Shown: positions 37,381 to 50,251, numbered from the stretch's first letter. The stretch is DNA of 64,000 bases from Mustelus asterias (GCF_964213995.1 NC_135804.1:71052001-71116000); one strand, 5' to 3'. Made by a program: numbers and translations. The notes: generated from the letters alone by a model not told the origin.

Positions 37381-38025
37381 TTGTCCCACAGTCCAGTTTC
37401 AGCATTATCATAGAATTCTACATTGCAGAAGGAGGCCATTCGGATCATCGAGTCTGCACTCACATGCAGACACGGGGAGAATGTGCAAACTCCATACAGA
37501 CAATGACCTGAGGCTGGAATTGAACCTGGGTCCCTGGTACTGTGAGGCAGTAGTGCTAACTACTATGCCACCATGCTGTCCATTATTACCATTATCCTTG
37601 GTGATTACTCTGTGTGCTTGGAGTGCCAAATCAGGCTCCATTTCTACACAGTCAGGTTGGGGGCAGATTGCTCAGCACAAAGCAAACTCCTGCAAAGCTA
37701 CATATTCCACCACTGAGCCCCTACTGACAGTTTCAGGAGGCTTGTGTGACACTGCCTTTCATCTGGAACTTGACCAAGAACAGGAATCCAAATAATCAGG
37801 TTCGTGGACTCGGATGTTAGAATGTATTAAATCTCACCTCAATTGAATCCTGACTTGAAACTTTTCCAATGTAATTATGCAGCAGAACCACAGTCACATT
37901 CCTGCTCTAGTCACAGCCTGGAAACTTCTCCTGCCTCCTTTCTCTGTCTCAGGATAAATAGGGAGTTGCTCACCCCTCTCTTACTCACTGTTACTGTCCA
38001 CTTGTGCTGTGAACAGCCTTGAGAT

Positions 38026-40543
38026 ATGAAGTGTTATCTTCACATTGGACTCCTGCTGACCATGATCTGGATCAAGGTCAGTGATCGCGCAGGTAAGCGT
38101 CAACACATATACAGTCTACGTAGGTTTGACTCCAATCATTTGTGGAAGTTTCTTGGTATCAGGTATGCACTTTGAGATCGGATAAACAGGTGAATGTCCT
38201 TCCTGCTGGGCTCAACACAGAAAGAATGGACTGTCCAGTGACTCCTGTATTAGAGAGAGAGAAGAATTCATCCAGGATTCTATTTCTGATTACTGTCCAA
38301 TGATCCCTGGGTTAGAGAGAGAAATAAAATCATTCAGATAAAAGCAAAATACTGGAATCTGAAACAAAAACAGAAAATGCTGGAAAATCTCAGCCTCTGA
38401 CAGCATCTGTGGAGAGAGAAGAGAGCCAACATTTCGAGTCTAGATGACCTTTCGTCAGAGCACAGACGAAGCTCTGACGAAGGGTCATCGAGATTTGAAA
38501 CTTCGGCTCTATTCTCTCCCCACAGTTACTGTCAGACCTGCTGAGATTTTCCAGCATTTTCTGTAAAATCATTGAGGATTTTATTCCTGATCACTGTCCA
38601 GTAATCCCTGGGTTAGAGAGAGAGAGATAAATCATCCAGGATTCTGCTCCTGATCACTGTCCAGCAACTCCTGAGTTGGAGAGAGAGAGTGGAAATCAGC
38701 CAGGATTCTGCTCCCGATCACTGTCCAGTGATCCCTGGGTTAGAGAGACAGCACTACCTCAGTACTGACCCTTAAATAGCAAGGTGCTCCTGCAATATTG
38801 ACCTTCTGACAGTGCAGCACTCCGACAATGCTGATCCTCTGACAGTGCGGTGCCCCCTCAGTACTGACCCTCTGACAGAGCAGAACTTCATCAGTACTGA
38901 CCTACTGAAAGTGCAGGACTCAATATTGACCTTCCACAGTGCTGGCTCCCTCAGTACTGACCCTCTGACAGTGCTGGCTCCCTCAGTACTTGCCCTTTGA
39001 CAGTGCAGTAATCCCTTAGTACTGACCCTACAACAGTGCTGACCTCCCTTAGTACTGACCTTCTGACATTGTAGCACTCCCTCAGTCCTGGCTGTCTAAC
39101 TGTGAAGCACTCCTTCAGTACTGAACCTCTGTCAATGCAGCACTCCTTCACTACTGACTTGCCGACAGTGCAGCACTCCCTCAGTACTGACCCTCCAAGT
39201 GGAAATGTGAGTCGGAAAAGCAGTTGGAAAAGGAGTGGGAAATGGAATGGGAATGAGAGCGTGAATTGGAGCAGGAATGTGTGCCGGAATGGGAGCAGTT
39301 TGAGAGTATCAATGGAAATGGAAATGTGAGTGGGAGTTAGTGCAGGAATGGGGGTAGGATTTGGAGTGTGAATTGAATTGGGAACCTGAGTGGGAATGTG
39401 AGTCGCTTGGGGAGTATGAATGGTGTGAAATATGAACACAATGCAAGCATAGGATGGAGAAGGGAACATGAGCTGGGGGAACAGAAACACCAGGAAGAAG
39501 AACTGGGAGCAGGTAGAAGCTGACTGAAGTTAGCCGAGCCTAGCTGAAGAAGTCAGGTGACCTGCCAGGACTGAAAGAGCCCTTGTCGGTCAGTTTATTA
39601 GATTTCCTACAAGGCAGTTGAAAGGATTTTGGCAGTGAGATCAAACTTGGATTTTGACAGACTGTGCTTTGTGGCAGCTTAGAATCCATAGCACAGAATC
39701 TCTACAGTGCAGAAGGAGGCCATTCGGCCCATCGAGTCTTCACCGACTCTGTGAAAGAGCATCTTACCCAGGTCCACGTGTCTGCCCTATCCCTGTAACA
39801 TCATGCATTTACCATGACCAATCTACCTAACCTGCACATCTTTGGGCTTCCAGTTTGAATGCACTATCTAATCCCAGACCCCGAAATAAATGTATTGAAA
39901 AGGATGGAACAGACATGAGATAACATGTGGAGTAATTGTGAAATTAGGAAGTTACACAATTCAACTTACTTTCCCCAGGAAATACAGTTCCTAAAAATAT
40001 TTTTCAATCTCTGAGAAAAAACCATCCGGAATGTTCCAAAACATGTGAAAATTATGGCAGAATTCCAAAAGCAACTGGGTCAGAAACAGTCAGTTGGGTA
40101 TTTATCCACAGAGGGAGTGGGGAAAGGGAATGGAGAGAGGGCACAGGGGAGAAGGGAGAGGTCACAGGGGAGAGGGCACATGGGAAAGGACACAGGAGAG
40201 AGGGCGCAGAGGTGAAGGCATGGGGAAAGGAGAGAGTGGAGAATGGGACGGGGAGAGGACCCAGGGGAAAGGGGCAAGGATATTGAATCAATCCTGCTTA
40301 ACAGTGTTATCAACTTGTCTCGCCACCTCCAGAGATTTCGGTACAGAGATCGACAGCATTCCTTTTTCCTGCACTCCCTATAGAACTGTACCATATTACA
40401 CTTTGCACAGTTTGAAATGCTCCTGAGTCTCTGCGTTCAATTTTGTTCAGTCTACTGAAGAAGAGAATCTTTTCTCCAGTGAGCAGAGTTTTTGGCAGCA
40501 GGGAATCCCAGCTATAAAAGGGCTCAGTGATCTGTTTGAATAA
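38026..40543 (+). CDS. candidate small secreted protein gene (chemokine-like layout), unit A, about 92 aa
   Basis: Exon 1 38026-38092 MKCYLHIGLLLTMIWIKVSDRA(G) with donor G|GTAAG, phase 1, and GATAAATA about 70 bp upstream. Putative exon 2 39979-40097 after TTACTTTCCCCAG. Putative exon 3 40451-40543 followed by AATAAA at 40551. Exons 2-3 are speculative. Confidence 0.35.
38230..39480 (+). repeat. minisatellite cluster: about 59-bp unit (38230-38750), about 33-bp CAGTACTGACCCTCTGACAGTGCAGCACTCCCT unit (38750-39197), GGGAAT repeats (39200-39480); duplicated at about 57195-58440
   Basis: Directly visible tandem units. Confidence 0.8.
38335..38563. mobile_element. palindromic Penelope-type non-autonomous element with 10-bp TSD (duplicated 57302-57530)
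   Basis: Inverted arms around CACAGACGAA; TAAAATCATT at 38325-38334 and 38564-38573; hammerhead-like cores on both arms. Confidence 0.75.
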
Positions 40544-41153
40544 TATTACAAATAAACAGCCATCAAAACACTGGAAATGCTCAGCAGGTTTGGCAGCATC
40601 TGTGGAGAGAGGAACTGAGTTAATGTTTCAGGTCCATAAGCTTTCATCAGAAGGTTTTCCCAATTGTTAAAGTGTCACCCATCCACCTTGTACACTTCCC
40701 TCTTGTCCCAGTACTAGTGTCAAAGCCCCAAGATTCTGGAAGTTTCCCCGTCGCCACACGTTACATTGCCTGATCAATCCTGGACATGGCACTGGGAGGA
40801 ATCCCTACGTTGAATCTTTAACATCCCACATTTTCAACTCCTCCTAAAAGCCTTTTCTGTCAATGGTAATGGTTCCAACATAGAAAATATGAGCAAGAGT
40901 AGGCCATTCAGCTCTTCGAGCCTGCTCCACCATTCAGTATGATTCAGGCTGATCATTCAACTCAATAGCCTGATCCCACCTTCTCCCCAAGTCCTTTGAT
41001 CTCCTTCACCCAGGAGCTAAATTTAACTGCTTCTTCAAAGCAAACAATATTTTAGCCTCAAACAAAAACAGAAAATGCTGGAAAATCTCAGCAAGTCTGA
41101 TAGCATCTGTGGAGAGAAAATGCAGCTAACATTTTGAGTTTGGATGACCCTTC

Positions 41154-44100
41154 TGTTATGATGGCAATGGGGGATCATCAACCCTTGGGTCTCATAGAAT
41201 ATGAGCTCCCTATTAGGCAAGTGAAGGGAAGGAGCAGTGTGGGGTTTAAAACCAGCTGGCTCCTCTCAGGCCGGCAGTCGATAGACTCGGGACTGATAAG
41301 CGCTCTGGAGTCACTGAAAGGCATTTCGAACACACTGTAAATATATCGTGATGGTGACGGAAGACTGGCCTTGGTAAGATTATTACATTGATGACGAGCA
41401 GTAAAGTGAGTTTTTTCTTTGCTCCAGACCATCTGAACTGTTGAGACAAGGAATCCTCCTATAAGAAATATGTCTCTTTTTGGTAAACTTGAAGCCTACA
41501 TTGGAAACATTGAAGAGTGGGTCCAGTGTGCAGAGCTCATGTGTTTGTTTTTGGGCCAACAATTTTGAGGAGAACGAGAAACAGGAAGTGATCCTGTTGA
41601 CGGCATGTGGGGTTTCGACCTTCAATGTAATAAAAAGCCTGACTCAGCGAGATGCCCCTGACTCCAAAGGCTTTAATGAATTGGCGGAATTGGTTAAAGG
41701 CTATTATGACCCAAAACCCTCCATAATACTCCAGTGATACTGCTTTAACACAACAGGATGAACCCCTGGGGTATCTGTCACCGAATTTCAGACCAGGCTT
41801 GAAAATTGGCAGAGCACTGTGAATTCGGGCCATGTTGCAAGATAGACACGTCTGTGGAATTAACAATGCAACAGTCCAAGGAAAATTATTGGCAGAACTC
41901 AATTTGAATCTAAAGAAGGCCATTGAGATAGCCCTATCATTGGAGAATGCAGAGGAAGGAGCTGAGGGGATATCAGATATCAGTGTCCTCCAATTGGGGG
42001 AGGGACCTTAAGTAACGTCCATCCCTCAACTGAGAGCAATGATATTTTTAAATATCTTAGAATCCCATACAGCCCAAGTTGATTCACGAGGCAGTCAAGG
42101 AGGTTCAGGACCAGCCTTCAGACTCCAAGGAGCCTAGGTCAGAAGGTTGTAGATGTCAGGCGTTGGACTATTGAAATTGTTGCAGAAGACCACAACCGAG
42201 GCAAAGATATGGGGACAGTCAAAACGCGTGCAGTTGCAAAAAAAGGCCAAAGCCAGTACAGGACCATACATTGGAGTATGCCCACAACCAGAAAAAGGGA
42301 CGATGCAATTAAATTGCATCCTATGACAAAGATTGCCTGCATAATGGTGGAGTTGTTAGTAAATGACTACCCATTAAAAAATGCAAGTGGATAGAGGGGC
42401 TGCAGTCTCTGTTATCGGGGAGCAGACTTATAATTGCTTCCAAACTGGTATTCAGCTCCTGGACTTAGAAAGCACAAAGGCCCGTCTGGCCACCTACACT
42501 GGGGAACCATTACAGATAAAGGGCACCGTGGCAACCCTAGTGACTTACAGGTAGCAATCAGTTCGAATTCTACTCATCAATGTATGGGGACAAGGACCTA
42601 GCCATATGGGGAGAGATTGGCTCCAGCGCATCAGACTGAACTGACTGGAGATTTTCAGATTGGGCATGGGAGGTACTATGCAAAGTCATAAATAAGTGCC
42701 CCAAAGTCTTCCAAGAAGGGTTTGTTGGCCCCCTTGCATACCCTAAAACGGAAACATCAAAGGCAGTCTTGAGGGGTGACACAGGTGGAGGCTTTTAATA
42801 GAATTAATTCTGTCCTCTTTATTGGCCCACTTTGACCTCAAAAAAATCCTTACCTTGGCCAGTGATGCTTCTCCTTATGGGGTTGGGGCAGTACTGGCAC
42901 AATGCTGGAGAGATGGAACAGAGAAGCCTATTGCATTCGCAGCTAGGGCCCTATCGGACACTGAGCGGAGGTATTCCCAGATTGAGAAAAATAGGTTGGC
43001 AATTGTCTTTGGCGTTAAAATGTTCCATCAATATGCCTATGGTAGATGCTTCATCATACTAATTATCATAAACCATTGCTGGAACTCTTTAAAGAAGACA
43101 AGGTCATATCCTCCATTGCCTCCAACTAGCGAGAGCATTGGACTTTGTTCCTGGAGGCTTATGAATACCTCCTAGAGCACTGTCCCAGGACCAGGATAGC
43201 TAACGCCGATGCTGTGAGTCATCTGCTGTTGCCCATAAATCCGGCTCATGGAAGAGGTTATGATGACCCTCAATATTTTGGACAGCTTGCCGGTATTAAT
43301 CAAGACATTGACACAAAAGGATCCAGTCCTATCTAAATTAAAACATATAATATTATTATTATATCAGAAGTTAGCCCTCAAATAAAACAAAACACTAGTT
43401 GATGAAGAGAGACGAGCTTAGTGCTGAGGATGGCATCATCCTCTTGGGTTCCCATGTCCCATGTCACCCAGGGCGACATCCGATACTTATGGAATTATAT
43501 CATAGCTATCCTGGGATTTCAAAGATGAAGATGCTAGCCAAGAGCTACACATGGTGGCCCAGTCTTAATGTGGACATTAATGACTTGGTCAGACAATGAG
43601 AGTCGTGACAAGAAAATCAAAACCTCCCTCCACAGCCTGCCTAAATCCATGGGAGAGGCCTGGTAGACCCTGGGTGTGAGTACATGTGGACTTTGCCAGC
43701 CCTTTTTTGGGCTCCATGTTCCTGATTATACTCGACACGCATTCCAAATTGTTGGAGATATTTCTCATGATTTTCACCACTTCCCATGCTACTATTGAGA
43801 AACTAAAACAAAGTTTCTGCATGCATGAGTTACCTGAAGTCCTAACCTCTGACAATGGCACTGCCTTTACTAGAACTGAGTTTCAGGCCTTCACGCTTTC
43901 CAATGGAATCAACCACATTAGGACAGCACCCTATCACCCATCATCGAATGTGTTGGCTGAATGGGCGGTGCAGACTTTTAAGCTTGGCATGAAGAACCAA
44001 CCCGCAGCATCCACAGAGACCAAACTGGCATATTTGACTATCGGACTACCCCTTACACAATGACAGGAATTGCCCCAGTGGGTTTATTAATGGGATGGAG

Positions 44101-44918
44101 GCTTCAGACAAAATTAAGCTGACTGTTCCCAAACCTGGCAGGGAGGGTGGAGCCCAACAAGAGAAGCAGAAGAAGAATAATGATCCTGCAAGAACAGAAA
44201 GAACATTCAAAACTGGTGACCCAGTCCACATGAGGAACTTTGGGGATAGTCGCAGTTGGGTCCCTGGGGATTGTAACAGAAAAGGGAGCTCATGTCTTTT
44301 AAGTACAGGGCAAAATTGTTAAGAAACAACTGGAACATCTCAGGAGTAGGGAGCCCATGCCAGTGCAGGCCTTATTAGCAGCCATGCGGTTTGCCACTGC
44401 CAGCATTGAGCCACAACTGGAAGTCAACACACACCTGCCCCTCCAGGTGATGAGGTCACGGATTCCAAGATGGAAGCAGAATAGACCGACACCCCAACGG
44501 ATGCAAGACCCAGGAAGAACCGACGACAGTGATTTCATGGCGCTCCCTTTGGAAGCAAATGTCTCCAATCCCTTTCACATCCCTTGATCCGGTCCTTCGT
44601 CCAATCGACCCCAGGCTGATCGCTAAGCAGCGGAAAAGGCCCTCCTGTGGCAGGCATTTTGGGGAAGAAATGGACTTGAGGGGGGAGGGATGTTATGATG
44701 GCCACAGGGGACCACCTGTGGGCTTCATAGAATATTAGGCGAGTGGAAGCTTGCCCAATAGGAAGAAGCAGCGGGGGTTTCGAACCAGTTGGCTTCACTC
44801 AGGTCGGCAGGCAAAAGACTTGGGCTGACCTATACTCTGTAGCCGCTGAATGGCATTCGAAAAACACTGCAAATAAAGGGTGATGGTGACGGAATCTGGT
44901 CTTGGTAAGATTATTACA
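41154..44918 (+). mobile_element. decayed Gypsy-type LTR retrotransposon with both LTRs, RT largely deleted
   Basis: LTRs TGTTATGATGG..GATTATTACA at 41154-41387 and 44691-44918; PBS-like TTGATGACGAG; polypurine tract GAGGGGGGAGGGA; gag remnant (KQEVILLTACG), RNase H (LASDASPYGVGAVL, YSQIEK), integrase (VDFASPF, SDNGTAF, APYHPSSN..AE). Confidence 0.9.
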
Positions 44919-44992
44919 ATTTTGTCAGAGCAATTTTGGCCTCAACTGCTTTCTGTGGTAATAAATTCCACAGACTTACCATGCTCTAGCAT

Positions 44993-45420
44993 CAGTGCCG
45001 GGTTTAGACTTGGTGAGGCCCTAAGCTATATAAAGCTTGGAGGCCCCTTGTTAAAAAGTTACACCAAAAGGTCTCACAAAGGTGCGTACCAAAACAGGAC
45101 CTTGGGTCACCACAAAAAAATTGAAAACATAATTATGCCTTTTAATTATTTAATAGCAAGGTATTTAAAGTGAAAAATACAAATTATTTTCAAATGAATG
45201 CATTTACTGATTACATATTTATCATTCGGCTGGCTTGATCTCTCTCATAGATTTTGGTAATTTTTTGAGTTGCTCTTCAAGCTGGTGCTTTCTTTTTCTT
45301 TTCTGGTATCCGCTCTTAAATGTTCTCTTCATTGTAAACCTTCTGAAATTTTGTGAGGCCCCTGCGGATTGTGAGGCCCAAAGCTGTAGCTTGTTTAGCT
45401 TGTGCCTAAATCCGGCACTG
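44993..45420 (-). mobile_element. non-autonomous hAT-like DNA transposon
   Basis: 15-bp TIRs CAGTGCCGGGTTTAG / CTAAATCCGGCACTG; contains MKRTFKSGYQKRKRK.., resembling a hAT transposase N-terminus; no clear 8-bp TSD seen. Confidence 0.65.
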
Positions 45421-47390
45421 CTCTTGGTGAAGACATTTCTCCTCATCACAGTCCTAAACGGTGTACCCTGTATCCCAAGACTGTGACTCTTGGTTTTGCA
45501 AGCCCTGCCATCAAGAACATCCTTCCTGCATTTAATCCTGTTCACATTTTATAGGTTTGTATGAGGACCCCCTTATTCTTCAGGAATCCAGTGAATACAA
45601 TCCTAACGGTCAGGGAGCCGTTGCAGTCTCTGACCCCGCTCTTCGGAGGCTGCAGCGGCGACTTCAGACTTTCATTTTGCAGGTCGATAACAGCGCGAAT
45701 GCGGATCGGGCCAGAAGACGGTAAAGTGGGATTTGGCGGTAGAGTTGGGCGCGCGGTTTATTATGTCAATTTAAAAGAATGCAAATGCATTTAAATCGCC
45801 GGACCCGAGCCCAAATCGGGTGTCGGTAAAGCCGCGATCTGCTCGGAATCGGGTGCAGATCGCGGTATAGGCCCGACACCCAACTTTACTGCGATTTCGC
45901 ACCCGTTTTCGGGCGCGATGTTTTGGTAAAATCAGGCCCTGGGAATCCAATCATACAGATGATTCACATACACTAAGAATCCATTCACAATGAGTTTTCA
46001 TTTAGGGTGATAGAATCAGAGATTGACAGCATGGAAACAGGCCCTTCGGCCCAACTTGTCCATGCCCGCATTTTGCCCATATCCCTCTATACCCATCTTA
46101 CCCATGTAACTGTCTAAACGCTTTTTAAAAGACAAAATTGTACCCGCCTCTACTACTACCTCCTGTTCCAGACACTCACCACCCTTTGTGTGGAAATAAT
46201 TGCCCCTCTGGACCCTTTTGTATCTTTCCCCTCTCACCTTAAACATATGTCCTTTAGTTTTAGACTCCCCTAACTTTGGGAAAAGATTTTGACTATCTGG
46301 CTGATCTATCCCCTCATTATTTTATTGACCTCTATAAGATCACCCCTAAGCCACCGCGCTCCAGAGAAAAAAGTCCCAGTCTATCCAGCTTCTCCTTATA
46401 ACTTAAACCATCAAGTCCCGGTAGCACCCTAGTAAATCTTTTCTGCACGGTTTCTAGTTTAATAATATCCTTTCTACAATAGGATGACCAGAACTGTACA
46501 CAGTATTCCAAGTGTGGCCTTACCAATGTCTTGTACAACTTCAACAACACATCCCAACTTCTGTATTCAATGTTCTGACATTGAAGACCAATTTACATTG
46601 AAGATCCATTCATACTGAGGATCCATTCACACTGAGCATTCATAGAATCGTAGACTCCCTCACCATAATCCCACATTATTACCCAGCTAATCCCCCTAAC
46701 CTACTCATTTTTGATGATCCAATTACATTGAGAGCCAATTCATTCTGAGGATCCATTCACATTGAGGATTAATTCAGATACTTTTATTGAATTCGAATTC
46801 CACCATTTACCGTGGTGGGATTCAAAACTGGATCCCAGAACACTCGCTGAGTTTCTGGATTAATAGTTGAGCGAAAGTACCACTAGGCTGTCGCCTCCCC
46901 GAGGGTTCATTCTCACTGACAATCAATTTCACATTGAGAACCCATTCATACCTTGGAATTCCTTATCACTGAGAATCAATTCATACTGCGAATCCATACA
47001 CACTGCGAATCCATTCAGACTCGAGAATCCATTCACACTGACACTCAATCATACTGAGAATCCATTCACAGAGAGTTAATTTGTGTTGGGGAGAAATGGG
47101 GGGGCGGTGGGGGGGGGGGAGGGATCTGGAAAGTGGGTTTCTGATGAGTGAATGAAGAATGGGTTAAATCCACAGTGATAGACCTGAGAAGGAGACTGAA
47201 TGAAAAAGACAATGAAAGCGCAACACCATTAAAACCATTTCAATTGCAGTGACTGATGCAGTGAAATACTCTACTCAAATGTGGTGAATCCTCCACTGGG
47301 GCAGAATGTTGAAGGTGTTTCAGGACTGGATCCACAAAGCAATTCTCCCAACACTTGTAACATTCCAGTTTTGTGATGAATATTAATGAT

Positions 47391-47488
47391 ATAGTGGGGG
47401 TAGGGCCTGGGTGGGATTGTGGTCGGTGCAGACTCGATGGGCCGAATGGCCTCCTTCTGCATTGTAGGGTTTCTATGATTTCTATGAT
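47391..47488 (+). mobile_element. 5'-truncated HE1-type SINE, present only in unit B
   Basis: Absent at about 27770 in unit A; ends in TTCTATGAT, sharing ATGAT with the target. Confidence 0.8.
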
Positions 47489-48931
47489 TCTCGAGGGTAA
47501 CTAACTCCCTTGTGTAAAGAGAATGATTACATTCCATTCTCTGATATCTACAATGTGACATTTGTGTGGAGTATAAAGGGTTAACATTATGGGTGTGTTA
47601 ATCTATGGGCAGATGATGGTATGGCATGGTCAGTCACATGTTGGAGAGTTTGGTATCATGCTTTACAACATCGTGCCTACTTTGTAAGTTGTTTCAAAGT
47701 GTTGCAAACGCAGGAGAGTTAAATGGATATCAGAGTATATCTACAGTCTGGTTGCTAACCAATTCCCACTCGGAGATTGCAGGATACAAGGAGCAGCTCA
47801 GAACTATTGACAATCTTTTCATTAACATCATCACTGATCTCATTCTCAGCTGTGGCTCATTGGGTCTCACTCTCACCACTCACACAGGTCAGAGCCTCAA
47901 AATCCACTCAGAAACCTGGAGCACAAAACCTCGGTTTACATTTCAATGCCGCACAGAGGGAATGATGCACTGCCTGGGCTGCCCACATTTCATGGGTGAT
48001 GTTAATCTGAGGCCTGTTGATCCAGAAGGAATTCTTCCAGTGTAGACAATAAAAATATAACAAAACTTACTCCAACTTATAAATCAAAGAAAAGCTTTTA
48101 TAAAGAAACATCATTACTCCAAACTTGAGGCCTCACTCTGAGCCATTCCAAGTTCCCCACAATTCCCAACATGTTCTAATTTATACTGAGTCAGCTGGTC
48201 ATCACGGCATTCTCTCATTGGTGACATGGTTTACTCAGCCAACTGACCCTTACAGCTTGTTACCATTGGTCACATCACAACAGATGCAATGTTATCACGA
48301 GTTACATTCTAACAAGGCCGTGTCGGCCCTCTCAAGGTGGGGTAAATTATCACATGGCTTTATTTAGGAGTTGTGGCTTTTGCTACCAAATAAACCTGTT
48401 GGACTTTAATCTGGTGTTGTTAAACTTCTTACTTTATTCAGGATAGCAGGGCAGCTCTCCCTGGTGTCCTGGGAATTATACATCTTTCAATCAACATCAT
48501 CAGAACAGTTTATCTGGCGATAATTACATTGCTGTTTGTGGGATCTTGCAGTGTACAAATTTCCTGCTGCCTTCCCTACATTACAACAGTGACAACATGT
48601 CAGAAGAGTTTCAGTGACTGTGAAGCATTCTCACATGTCTCGAGATGGTGCAAGACAGTTATGGAAAGACAGTCTTTATGCCTTTTCCACACACACTGAT
48701 ATATTTTGATGTTTAAACTCACTGCCTCCTCAGACCTGTGTCCCACAATGTGGAATGGTCCAATCAGAAAGCTCGATTTTTCTCACTGGTTATCTCTTTG
48801 CCCAGATGGGGAAGTGGTGAGATTATCTGGGGAAAATGAGCTGACAGTCGAAGAATCACCGAACCAGGAAGTTCCAGGCATTCAGTGCTGCTTAACCCAA
48901 GAACTCCCATTCACAGAACAACATGTACTTC

Positions 48932-49052
48932 CCATTTCAGGGAATGCCGAAACGGAGGAACAATCACACTGAGAACTTTCATTGCTGGCGAATGGGCAAA
49001 GTTCCAGGGGGTCTCCCTATTGCAGACTCTGCAGTTTTACACAATATAAACC
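48932..49052 (+). promoter_or_regulatory. putative promoter of chemokine copy 3
   Basis: Same motifs as copy 2: TTCAGGGAA 48936-48944 and TATAAA 49045-49050. Confidence 0.55.
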
Positions 49053-49125
49053 ATGAGGTGATAACTGGCTCCTGACAACCCACACTCACTCTTCAACACT
49101 CAACACTCCCAAGTTGGGCAAGGAC

Positions 49126-50251
49126 ATGATGAAGACAGCACACTGTGTGGCTGCTGCTGTTTTGGGAACACTGCTGATCTGCTTGATCCAGGATGTTGCT
49201 GCTTCACCGGGTAAGAGAGAGAGACTTCCTTATTGGCAATATTCTCCGAGAATGTCAGAATGAACTAAACTGTGACAGACAGTTTAAAATAGTCTGCTGG
49301 CTTCCACCAATTGCACATATTATTTATTAGTTTTCAATGTGTTTATTCCAAATATAGAATCATAGAATCCCTACAGTGCAGTCGGAGGCCATTCGGCCCA
49401 TTGAGTCTGCACCGGCAACAATCTCATTTGGCCCTATCGCTGTGACCCCACATATTTACCCCGTTAATTCCTCTAACCTACACATCCCAGGACACTAAGG
49501 GGCAATTTAGCATGGCCAATGTACCTAACCCGCACATCTTTGGACTATAGGAGAAAACCGGAGCACTCGGAGGAAACACACGCAGACACGGGAGAATGTG
49601 CAAACTCCACAGATAGGGACCCAAGCTGGGAATCGAACCGAGGCCCCTGGAACTGTAAGGCACAGTGCTAACCACTGTGCTACCGTGCCGCCCAAACTAT
49701 GATCCCAGATGAGAGAAGAAAGATTGAACAGATTGTGTCTTTTTTCTAGAAAAGTGAAAGCTGAGAGGTGACTGTTGAAGGAGGTTTATAAACACCAGTA
49801 CAGATCAGTTGGGCCAAATGGTCTGTTTCATTTCTGTTGATGTATTTCTATGGAAACAGCTGAAGGATAATGTTACTATCAGCGAGAATCTGCTGTGATA
49901 CCCATCCCATATTTAACTGTGTCTCTTTCTCCATCTCATTGCAGCTGGCACTGTAACAATCGAATGTTGTGAGAATTTTAAACCCACTCCTATTGTTCAT
50001 AAAAGGCTAGTAAGCTACAAGAAAACAATTGGCTGCTCCATTCCCGCCATTGTGTAAGTCTTTCAAAGTGTTTTGACCGCAGTGTGTTGAAATGAAAGAT
50101 ATGGAGCTGGTGTCTGTAACTCTCTGATAATGACATCTCATTTCATTCTTTCAGATTTACAAACAGACGGAATATGAGAATTTGTGCTAAAGCGAATGAG
50201 AAATGGGTACAAACCGCAGTCAGATTTCTGGAAAAGGGACTGAAGAAGTGA
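49126..50251 (+). CDS. CC chemokine (CCL19/21-like), copy 3, 96 aa, 3 exons
   Basis: Exons 49126-49210, 49945-50053 and 50155-50251 (FTNRRNMRICAKANEKWVQTAVRFLEKGLKK*); ATTAAA at 50327-50332. Confidence 0.93.

Larger units (their letters stand above)
23956..45607 (+). repeat. tandem segmental duplication, unit A (about 21.65 kb)
   Basis: Sequence from GGTCAGGGAGCCGTTG at 23956 recurs at 45608 and stays collinear to the window end (64000 corresponds to about 41525). Confidence 0.95.

Noticed and set aside
38750-39197. Regular 33-bp repeats that superficially resemble a CRISPR array
   Set aside because: Tandem degenerate units without unique spacers, in a vertebrate context with no cas genes; it is a minisatellite.
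40080-40394. Minus ORF MVQFYRECRKKECCRSLY.. with a CC pair, possible chemokine exon
   Set aside because: Another frame reads GVQEKGMLSISVPKSLEVARQVDNTVK, a decayed CR1 ORF2 segment; the rest is low-complexity repeat.
40501-40520. GGGAATCCC followed by TATAAAAG, resembling a kB plus TATA promoter
   Set aside because: No downstream exon or ORF; followed by AATAAA and repeat sequence, and it overlaps the putative exon 3 of the candidate gene.
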